Shown piece after piece: positions 10,829 through 20,000 of a stretch of 20,000 nucleotides of DNA. Position 1 is the stretch's first letter, and every line of letters begins with the position of its first letter. The position numbers and the translations under genes were made by a program. The stretch covers positions 60,656 to 80,655 of the forward strand of contig JABANN010000074.1 of NCBI GenBank assembly GCA_013115125.1, read 5' to 3'. The notes beneath the pieces are model-generated. The model worked only from the letters and a program-made list of their open reading frames with translations. It did not search any database and had not been told where the DNA came from. The stretch comes from Perkinsus olseni. Lineage: Eukaryota.

Positions 10829-12048
10829 AATACTGTAATCGAGTTCTGGCTATGGAGTAGCCACTAGCACGTGACGTCGTCCCAGTTCTGTCAAGAGGTG
10901 AACCGGGTTCACTGAGCCCGTCCGTCGTGGAATTGAAGAGCTTCACATGCGCAGATTCACCATGTCCCACACGAAACTGACATTCTTAGCTAAGTTCTGG
11001 GACACCTCAGCCGTTTGATCCGGCGAACAACCAACCAACCAAGCTCGACATGTCTCGACTTGCTCTTTCGCGACCCCACAGTGGGCTCTCCCCTATTGAG
11101 AAGCTTTGTGGCCCTGGCGCGACTGCATGCGTGAAACAAACCATTCAATAACGTTGCCGCATGCAGCAGTGTTGCTCTTGCTGTTATCTTAGCGAATCGA
11201 CCGTCATGAAGCTGCTATGAGTACCGGACCTGAAGTTATATCTTTATGCTTTAATATAGGACACTATCTTGATATATATTCATATTTGCCGCAAACCCCG
11301 CGGCGCATCCTGTTCGTACCACGTCGGTTTTTCGTGGCTTCTAGAGATAACTGCTCCTCCAAGGTCTTCCTAATACACCAATAGTGGATCTATTGATCAT
11401 GACGATAAGCTTGTTGCGTGCCATTGTTTGCGAACTTGCTCACTGAGCTGAACTGCTCACGGTAGCAACACCAGCGGTTGTTAATTCAATTTACAGTGTA
11501 GGGAAATCGCGTTGGGGCTCTTGGACGGCGTTAAGTCCGCACCGTCCGTAACCGCAAACAGAGTGGAGCAAGCGCATGCGTTGTGTAGAACATCTTTCAT
11601 GCCTTGTGAGAAACACTGTGTGTAAAACTGTTCGACGGATTGTGCGGATTCAACTACAGTCACTACAGTGCTTTCGAGTGCAGTGCAGTGTTAAGGCCAA
11701 CGTGTTAAGTCTATGTTTTACACTTCCCTATGAGGGAATCCCTAGCCACGATGCTCTTCAGTTCAAGAGCGTCAGCCTTTTTAAACATAGTTGACCCGAC
11801 AGTATCTTTTATAAATATCTACAACTGTCGGACTCTCCTCGGCTGTTACTCCCTAGGAATATACCAACGCAAGCAACCAACCCCTTGCAACAACCACTGA
11901 GATGAACTCATTCAACCACGACTCGATACTTTCAACCAGCGGGAACACACGATAAACTGTCAAGTATCAATCTCAGATAGGTGGAGCGTCTCCATCACGA
12001 CCTTACATGGGTAACAGGACGTGTTTTGTCAAGCCTGATAACGGCACT

Positions 12049-12796
12049 TTAGTGCATTCTGGTTCTTCGCTCGTTCCATCCACGAGCTTTTTCGACAAAC
12101 TCATCCATCTTGTCCTCGAGGAACTCGCCAATCCATTTACTCCCAGCATGCTTATATTCATCAGGTGCACTGCTCTCGATATGGTTTATCAAATCTTCGC
12201 AAGTTTCTTTCTTTCGTGGGCGGTCGAATTTCCTCAGAATTCCATCGACCAGATGCGCGAAGGGGTTGACTGCCGCGAAGGCATTCTTTATTTCCTCGGA
12301 TGACCCTTTGACAGCTTGGGACTTCCTTCTACGAATGAGCACGGCTCGAATGCCGGCCTTGCCGTCCTTGCGGAGCCTGAGGGTTCCATGCGCACAATAC
12401 GGTGTTCAACTCATCGTGGACGGACGTTACCAGAAGCGAAACTGAATTTCTCTGGGCACCTCCCACTCGAAAATGAGGTTGGTTCCGTCCAGAAGCACTC
12501 TCATGAAATGACCGTCAGCTGGAGGGGAATACAGCTTAGACCAAGCACCAATGGAAGAGTAGTACACCTGATGAGTAGGGCGATGGATGGTATCCATGAG
12601 TGGGGCAGTCGGCCAGCACGCCCCGCTCCGATGCACGGTGGAAGGTTATGCAACCACCCTCGAGTGCAATTGAGTGGAAGAAGGGAAGCACCCCGACGAT
12701 TCTCCCTCCACGTACCTTGGACTGCGAGGCAGTCTGCACAGCCATGGCGACCGTGACCAGAGCCGGTAGTACGGACAGGATGGATTAACCGAGCAT
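12049..12796 (-). pseudogene. Secreted-family paralog C with a nonsense codon at position 4. Exons 12796-12716, 12567-12431, 12376-12049
   Basis: Same exon structure as B and D (546 nt), but ATG CTC GGT TAA (TAC in B and D; stop at 12787-12785). The remainder is open. Confidence 0.75.
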
Positions 12797-12880
12797 TGCA
12801 CTGGAGGAAGGCGGAAAGGTGTTGTTCGTTGCAAATTCCTTTTCGAGCCGAAGCTTGCGCCCGCCGGTGTGATCGAGCCA
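12670..12880. repeat. Dispersed repeat copy 2 of 3
   Basis: Exon-1 portion is 78/81 identical to copy B. Shares the extra flank GTGATCGAGCCAG with copy 3. Confidence 0.93.
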
Positions 12881-13225
12881 GCGACCCAGTTTCCAGTGGG
12901 AGGAAGGCGGCCGTGGTGACGCTACTTCAGTGAAGTGACGGTGCCGCTGTTCCATTGATGCATGCAAGCTCACGTATACGGTTCATCGGTAGTGACAAAT
13001 CTGGCTGCTCTCAGTAGGTCAGTCAGAAGGACTCGAGCGTGCAACTCTCCCGACTTTCCGGTCACATTTCCGACTTCTCTCCCCCACGGTGTAGCGTAGG
13101 GATGCACCACAGTTCAATTCGGTTGGTGAATCTGGGGAATTCAGTTGCCGAATGTTGAACAGATTGAACCCGACAGTATCTTCCATCAACATGAACATCA
13201 TCACAACTAACATGATAATCACATC

Positions 13226-13968
13226 TCAATCCCTCTTGATGCTTCGGGCCTTCCACTCGCGAGCCTTCTCGAAAAAGGCCGTGATCTTGCCATCAATGAA
13301 AGCATCAACCCAATCCTTGCCAGCTTCTTCGTAGCCCTCAGCGGGTTTACCCTCAATGAAGTTGAGTACGTCCGTGCATTCGCTCTGCCTGAACGGGCTG
13401 CTGAACTTGCTCGGAATGTCCTCAACCAAATGGGCGAAGGGATTGACTCCCCCGAAGGCCTGCACCATCTCCTTAGACGCGCCTTTGACGCTTGCAGCCT
13501 CCTCGTGCCGCTTAACTGTAAGTCCCTGTGCGTCTTCTTGGCGTTTGACCCTGAGAAGGAGAGCTCCTCGAAATCATCTTCGGGGCACACCAGCTGCGAG
13601 TTACCAGAAATCAAATTCATAGTTCTTGGACTTCCGCCACTTGAAAATGAGAACTGATCGATCCAAGTAAACTCCGAGGAAGTGCTCCTTTCCGGGAGGA
13701 GAGTACAGCTTCTCACAGCTTCTACCGATGGTATCGAAAATTACCTGCAGGAGGATGAGAAACAAGGACAATCCATGATCATCAACTCATGCTTCAATAC
13801 TTCACGGCAAGTCCCGCTACACCGGCGGCTGTGCATCACCAGTGTTGAGTACAGCCCTTAGTCAAGGGGGTTCCCCCCTCCACCTACCTTGGACTGCGAG
13901 GCAGTCTGCACAGCCATGGTGATCGTGACCAGAGCAGGCAGTACGGACAGGAGGGAGTAACCGAGCAT
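13226..13968 (-). CDS. Secreted-family paralog D, 181 aa. Exons 13968-13888, 13744-13605, 13550-13226
   Basis: MLGYSLLSVLPALVTITMAVQTASQSK|VIFDTIGRSCEKLYSPP...NYEFDFW|VKRQ...FGGVNPFAHL...KRD*. Canonical GT-AG introns, open 546-nt CDS. Confidence 0.87.
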
Positions 13969-14053
13969 TGCACTGGAGGGAGGCGGAAAGGTGTTGTACG
14001 TTGCAAATTCCCTTTTGAGCAGAGGCTTGGGCCCGCCGGTGTGATCGAGCCAG
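13874..14053. repeat. Dispersed repeat copy 3 of 3
   Basis: Exon-1 portion is 76/81 identical to copy B. Confidence 0.93.
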
Positions 14054-14565
14054 TGGTCCTCAGTGCTCCTCCGGTCGCAGTGTCACATTAGTGTTGGCTT
14101 ATTAAGACCGAGGAGACGTTATCTCCCTTTTCGCTGAAGACTTCCGGCCATCTCCGCCATCTCCCTCGCAATCTAGGGAAGGCTTCAAGGGCTTGCTTGA
14201 GCAGCTCAAACTCTGCAATTCCCAATACAAAACAGGACGACTCCTGTTTCTCTCCATCCCCCAGGTGACCGAGGTACGACTCCGAGACTCCCTGCCGCGG
14301 ACCGAGGGGCAGAACACGTCGCTGATGTCACCATCGCTGCTTGGCTGCGGGTGCTCATATTCTGGGGATGCTGGTTTCGAGCCACGCTGACCGTCGTGGT
14401 CCTAGGCTCCCTCTTCCGCTGTTGACTTTCCTACCATCGCCGATGTCACGGTTCAACGCGAGCCACCTCAAGATTGATAATGGACGAGGATATAATGTAC
14501 CGTGAAAGTGAATCTTTGATTAATGGTGAGCATATGTATGATGATGGTGATGCAACTTGGTACAC

Positions 14566-16890
14566 TCAGAGGAATTCATTCTCAGAATTCTCATCGACTG
14601 CGGCCCCTTTCTGAGGGGACGGCGTTCCGGGGGGTAAGGAAGATTTTCTAAGGACAGGCGGCGCTCCGCCCAGGGACGTATCCGAGCTTGCCCACCGCTT
14701 CCCAGCGATAGAGTCAATTTGTTTCTGATCAGCCGTCCAGTCCAACTCGTCGAAGAGGAAGTCCAAATCACCTTCATTCTCGACCAGCGTCTGGCACACC
14801 ATCAGCGGCTGCTGTTCGTAGCCATACAGCCTACCTCCTCAGCAGACCCCTCCGCATCGCCCGGAGAGGCTCCGATGACGCTCTGTCGCTTCTGTTGGCG
14901 GTTGCCCTGTAGCCTCTCACGATACCTCGCACACTCTCGCCGGACCTGAGCACTCAGGCTACTGCGCCCCGGCCAGACGGTTCCACCTACCTGCTGCAGG
15001 ACAGTTTCCTTCCACCGTTTGAACTCCTCTTCATACTCCTGAGGAGCGACAGCGGCTACTCGAAAGCTTGGAAAAGGACCAAATACTTGAACTATGCGAT
15101 CGGCCTTCTGCTCTGCTCGACTCCGAGCCTCGCACTGAACGGCCAGCACCCTCGCATGGACAGCCTCTTGGTGCTCAAGGGAAGCTTGAAAAACAGCATA
15201 ACCCATGACGAGGCTACGGTGAAGTACCCCTGGCCTTGTTAAGCATCGCCAATGCATTCGACAAGGCTGATTCATACTGGTCCAAATCGAAGTTGTGAGT
15301 TGTGGTAGCGCCATCAGAATCGGGCGGGCTGTCGGGCCCAAACCCAACCAGGGCGTTGAGTTGGTACCTGCCCGGACGAAGTCGAACAACCAGAGGGCAT
15401 TGGATAAGCACATTAAGACAGGCCTGAGCTCAGCGGCGTTGTGGCCGAATACAGTTGGATCATCTAGCAGCTCGAGGACCTCATTGCACATGTTACAGAA
15501 GGCGTACCTAGAGGTCAACGAGAGGGTTCGACACTCACGCCGCAGTAGCAGCCCACCTCGCTGGAGGCGGAGGGCTCCTTGCGGCCTCCCGTTGTCGACT
15601 GGATGACGATGAAGTAAAGTTCGTGTCAGCACCAATAAGGTCCGTCCAGAGCCTCTTGAGGCCTTTGGAGACAGTCGTACCTGATGTAGCCTGGCAGAGG
15701 GGCCATGCTGGTCGGGAGGCTACCTGAGAAGTAGGACGCATGAGGTACTCTGTGGTGTACTGGTGGTGGTGTCGATGACGGTGATGAGCTACTGGCCAGC
15801 TGCTGCTGATCACGCACCTACCACACAAACCGCAACTCGTGTCGCGTACCGGTCATGACGTCCACCTCCATGTGGCAGGAGAGCTCATCATTCATCGCCT
15901 TCATCGCCGCCAATTCCACCGCCTGGTCGACAATCTTACTTTGCAAGATCACAGCCTCGGCAGCCTGAAGGAGCAGCATCAGCAATCAGTCAGCCCCCTG
16001 TCCAGAATGTGAAAACGCGTAAACGATTTTCGTGAAAATTCACCAGTGACGTATTACATATCAAAACAAGATTCGAAATCAGCAGGTTATTCTCTTCCGC
16101 AGGGTCCTTTCCGTTTTCTCTGTCCCAAAAATCTCCCGATTCTCGATTTTTCCTCTACCTCCTTATGCAAGAAACGGTGACCCATGCGTACGTTGTTGGA
16201 AATCTGAGCCTCCGCTTGCTGACGATATTCATAGAGCTCGCGAGAGACCACGTCCAACTGCGCTTGGAGCTGACTCTGACAGGCCAGTGTTCGGCAGGAG
16301 GTCCGTGGCGGGCGGATACTCACGGTCTTGCTCCGATCAATCACAGCGGTTTCCTCAGCATTCTTCGCGTGCTGCCTCCAATCTGCTGATACCTGGCAAG
16401 CGGGTTGGGTTATATCGGGCCAAATGTGCGGAAGTTACGCAAAAGAGTTACGCAAAAGATGGTATAAAATTCGAATCATCATACGCATAACAAGGTCACA
16501 GCGCTTCTATTGTCAATTTCGACCCTCGTCCGAGGTTGTAATACTCCTGGTTGTAGCCAGCCCACCTGCTTCCACTTAGCCACCTCCCCATCCCGATGCA
16601 TCAGCTGAGCATGCAGCTTATCACGCTCTCGTCCGAGCTGCAGCACACGACCCCGACACTCCTCCTGAAGGGCCCCTGGACCACCACGCAGGAAGGAGGC
16701 GTTACCTCCAAATCGCTCAGTCTCTGCTCGATGATGCTCTCGGAAGCCTCGGTTGGAACAGCACTGGCCTTGCCATTACTCGCTTCGCGCGGTGCTGGGG
16801 CGAAATTGTAGGTGTCACTGGGGAGAAGGGAAAAAACGAGCTGGTCGATGGCGGAGAGCCTGGTACTGAGGGCCGCGCCGGACTGCTGCT
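14566..16890 (-). CDS. Multi-exon coiled-coil hypothetical protein (core exons; probably continues 5' toward 18385, 3' end uncertain)
   Basis: Short GT-AG introns link helical exons: SIIEQRLSDLE|EECRGRVLQLGRERDKLHAQLMHRDGEVAKWKQ|VSADWRQHAKNAEE...|SQLQAQLDVVSRELYEYRQQAEAQISNN|AAEAVILQSKIVDQAVELAAMKAMNDEL...|EYEEEFKRWKETVLQQ|VRRECARYRERL...|TLVENEGDLDFLFDEL. No family recognised. Confidence 0.7.
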
Positions 16891-17399
16891 AGGAGGTCCT
16901 CAAGCCAGCACACAATACAGCGTGTGAAAGTGCAGGAAGGGCAGCGATGGGCTATGGTGGAATCATCGCTGAAGAAGACCCCCACCTGAAGCAGAGTAAG
17001 GCAGGATTATCCCGTATTGTGAGAGAGGCATCTTTGAGGTGAGGCGACAGGAGGACGAGGTGTTCGTCCCCGACCCGATCGGCCGGATTTGGAATATCGT
17101 AAAAGACCTTTCCTCGGCGGGATGGATATACCTTAACCGAGCGAAGGTTTCATCCGGATGAGATTAAGCAATTGCCAAGCACCTTCCCTCTTTGCTAGTG
17201 ATTGTCGCGCCACCACTGACTACGCGTGTTTCCTCTCAGCGAGCGCACCTTTTCTTCGTTGTCGTATTCTCTATCTTCTTAATCATGTCCGAGAACAGTG
17301 AGAGGTCTAGTAGCCAATCGTACGCTCACTACTATCCTCATAGTGAGCACAATCGAAGACGCATGATATAGATCCGGTTCCTGTCAGCATCACTTTCAA

Positions 17400-18385
17400 T
17401 GACAACAGGCTCACCTCAAGCAGTGGGACCCCACATTCACCGCAGCTTGCTCCCTCCAGAACACCGCACGTCAGCAATGGCTGCAGGACCTAGAGAGGGC
17501 GTATCAGCTTCCTGCGATCGCCACAGAGCGCCACCCTGGTTACACGATCGTGGCCGATGCATGAGGGACAGCACACTGTCTGTGATGATGATGATGATGG
17601 ACTCAGCGACAACCTCGGGCTGCGGGGGATACTGGCCAGAAGGCATCTTTCAAGTAGCTCTTACATCGTGCAGGTGCTGTCTATCGTCTGAAGTCCATCC
17701 TGAGCAGCTGCGGGTGAGCGGACTGTCGGGTCAGCCTCTGAGAGCGAGAAGATACAAACGACTCTCGAAGGTCGCTGAGCGAGCAGCTAAGGTCTTCAGC
17801 AATGCTATTCTGAAGTTCAGAATATCATTATATGCTATGCTGATTCTGTAGTTCAGAATCGATCCTAGATTTCATAATTCGTTCATCGAACCCACCCCAA
17901 GGATTCCTAAGGCTTCGAGAAAATTATGGATCGAAATTCACTTCCCGATGTGAGGCTGTGAAAAGGGGTATCAGCAGAGTTTACTTGATCTAATATGGGG
18001 ACTGGACGAGGACGCCGAGCGGCCTTCCCTCGGTGAGCTGTCTCCTTTCCAGTGCTGGAACGGAGCTGAGGAGGACCAGGACACTGTTGTATACCACACA
18101 CTAGCCAAAACCTACGCCGACCATCGCCCCTCTCGTCCAGTATCTTATCATCGAAAGCACTGTCAGCGTACCTGTAGTGATCGTTGCTGGTCAGGACGGC
18201 ACTCCTTCCCACCTGTCCCTCGGGCTGTTGGTCCAGACCTGACCCTCCTGCTCAGCTCTATACCGCACTTTCGACAACTTAGCTTGCAGGTCCTCGCTTG
18301 CACTATTCAGTGACGCCGTCCGACCATGACCAGCGGAAGGAGCGTCTTTCTTAGGGCTCGTCTCTTTGTCATCGGGTGACCTCAT
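17400..18385 (-). CDS. Putative 5' exons of a Ser/Pro-rich gene, possibly the N-terminus of the coiled-coil gene
   Basis: ATG at 18385 (MRSPDDKETSPKK...EDLQAKLSKVRYRAEQ...) followed by plausible short introns and exons (YADSAFDDKILDERGD; VSWSSSAPFQHWKGDSSPREG). Splicing between 17000 and 17900 was not resolved. Confidence 0.4.
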
Positions 18386-18839
18386 TAATGGTATCAAAGT
18401 GACTACTGCGAGGGGTCGCTGAGGGAGGGTTGATATACTCGTCGCGAGCTCATCTATAAATTAACAGCTCCGGTTATCCAATTTCCGCTCTCTGCATAGC
18501 ACAATCGACCTGTGCTCATACGAGTGTCGCATTACCGAACCATCCACCTTGCCCACTTTCTATCTGCTCCAGTATCTCGTTCACTATGAGCCCAATCTAC
18601 TTGTGTTGTGTTCTACAACCACACCTACTGTAACGAGATAGTGCAGATTAGACCGGTAACAGACCACAATCGCCTTTGTCAGATGATGTATACAGCTGTA
18701 GGCGTCCCAGCGGTAGTAGTACCCCAAACTAACTCAACAACCAAGGCCTCTAGGACAACACTGTTAATAGCAGCGAAGAGGTGAAAAGAGCGAGGCCAGC
18801 ACAATGATGGTATGCCTCAATACTTCACTGACAATTAAC

Positions 18840-19343
18840 TTAATGACCGACAACATTGTCATGCTGACTGGCAGCGATGGCGATAACCTCATCGATCAGC
18901 TCCTTGGCCACTCCTGATCGAAACCGATGAGCTCGACGCCGTCAGACTTACGACTCACCCAGCTCCATGAGAGTGTTGCCCAGGTTCTCAGCGACAGCGT
19001 TGAACTGCTCTTCGGTGATGGCGAGGCCGGTGTGAGCGGCTTTCATACTAAAGAAAGGTAGGTACTCGGTAATGATGATCGACAGATCGGAACGACTCAC
19101 CTGCGACCGGTGTACTTATTCGGCCCACCGAAAGCGAAAGTGAGAAAATTTTTTTGATGTCCTCTGAGCTTGCTCATGTCTGTTTTGGCGAAGACGTCCT
19201 TGATGCGGGCATCCGAAAGGTTCTTCTTGTAGAACCTGAACGGGATGATGGTGATGACCTTCGACCAGGTGGAGGGGATCTCACAGCTCCACGGCGGCGT
19301 CAACGGCAGGCTCACCGCCGATCTTTTCGTAGAGGGTGGACAT
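18840..19343 (-). CDS. glbN: Group I truncated (2/2) haemoglobin, GlbN/cyanoglobin-like, 118 aa. Exons 19343-19285, 19235-19101, 19047-18959, 18913-18840
   Basis: Spliced product: MSTLYEKIGGEPAVDAAVELFYKKNLSDARIKDVFAKTDMSKLRGHQKNFLTFAFGGPNKYTGRSMKAAHTGLAITEEQFNAVAENLGNTLMELGVAKELIDEVIAIAASQHDNVVGH. Both GG motifs, Phe-Tyr B9/B10, Phe CD1, YxGR and proximal His F8 (MKAAH) are present. Confidence 0.96.
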
Positions 19344-19861
19344 TGAGAAGGGTTGTGTGGTAGCAGATGAACTGAGAATGAATCTTGGAGCGAAGCACCC
19401 TGAGCTTTGAACCACCCGAAGACCAGAAGTGTCTTAGAGCTGCAGTCCAGTCCTCCTCAGCCAGAGCCCAAAATTAGTCACAGTGAATCATCGATAATTA
19501 TAATATCAGGCCAGAATTGATCGTGATTGGATACGCGAGTGATCTATTTCCACCTGCGAGCCATGAGTATCATCGCGATTCACGCTAAGGAGACCTCACC
19601 AGTCACCACGAGCATGGCGAAGTTGCCCGAGACCCGACCGAAGAGGGACTCGATCGAATGGTTTTCGATGTACGCACAGAAGTCCTTCTCTCATGACACC
19701 TTCCCAAGCAGTACTACTCTCACCCCAGATCAAGTAAAATGAGGTCCCAGAAAGGATGCTGAGTTCCAGATTGCTTTATCGGCCCGAGACACCGAGACAG
19801 GTGTATCCGATGGCTCGCTGCGCCCGCACCAGGAATATTCAATTGCCATGACCTCGAACTC

Positions 19862-19905
19862 ACAATGTCGACCTTCGTCGATGCGTCGACGAAGGTCGAC
19901 ATTGT
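19862..19905. repeat. Perfect 20-bp inverted repeat with 4-nt spacer
   Basis: ACAATGTCGACCTTCGTCGA-TGCG-TCGACGAAGGTCGACATTGT. Confidence 0.95.
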
Positions 19906-20000
19906 TAGCGTGGTCGATTGGACCACACGATGGACATGCCCGTTGCCAAGGACGCGCCCCCGCCGAGGCCCGGGCCGCCCCCCGTTAATTTCTTCTGCCC

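Noticed and set aside
10634-14053. Three ~190-bp repeats as LTRs or CRISPR-like repeats
   Set aside because: They are the signal exon and flank of paralogous genes; no TG..CA ends, pol gene or regular spacers are present.
14102-14450. Ser/Arg-rich minus-strand open frame
   Set aside because: It could be terminal exons of the coiled-coil gene, but no convincing splice path or motif was found.
14817-14826. CGTAGCCAT resembling part of the dinoflagellate/Perkinsus spliced leader
   Set aside because: Only 9 nt match, the TGGCTCAAG end is absent, and it lies antisense within an intron.
15368-15423. Possible third GC-AG intron
   Set aside because: An alternative model with a GT donor at 15367 is equally phase-consistent; this cannot be decided without transcripts.
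14802-15635. 277-aa ORF as a single-exon gene or retroelement gag
   Set aside because: It contains several in-frame GT-AG introns and belongs to the spliced coiled-coil gene. No zinc-knuckle, RT or integrase motifs are visible.
16433-16458. 13-bp tandem duplication AGTTACGCAAAAG x2
   Set aside because: Ordinary slippage duplication inside an intron.
19527-20000. Plus-strand ORF 19527-19742 with a possible donor at ~19734
   Set aside because: It may be the first exon of a divergent gene, but there is no homology signal or stable downstream frame.

Overview
Compact, intron-rich eukaryotic DNA with mostly 40-60 nt introns. Gene style and content suggest an alveolate, probably Perkinsus-like; this is inferred, not database-verified. 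Manual splicing gives, in order: (1) a 5'-truncated cAMP-dependent protein kinase regulatory subunit (12 exons, two apparent GC-AG introns); (2) a SERAC1-like alpha/beta-hydrolase (4 exons, ~862 aa); (3) a tRNA-Ser(AGA) with a damaged acceptor end; (4) an accessory block (~6.7-14 kb) with four minus-strand paralogs of an unrecognised small secreted-protein family, two intact and two decaying, plus another multi-exon hypothetical gene; (5) a long multi-exon coiled-coil hypothetical gene; (6) a 4-exon group I truncated haemoglobin resembling cyanobacterial GlbN. The most striking signal is the secreted family. Its signal-peptide exon, upstream acceptor region and part of the 3' flank are strongly conserved between copies, while the mature domains are highly diverged. 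Several inverted repeats occur, including a perfect 20-bp hairpin near 19.9 kb.
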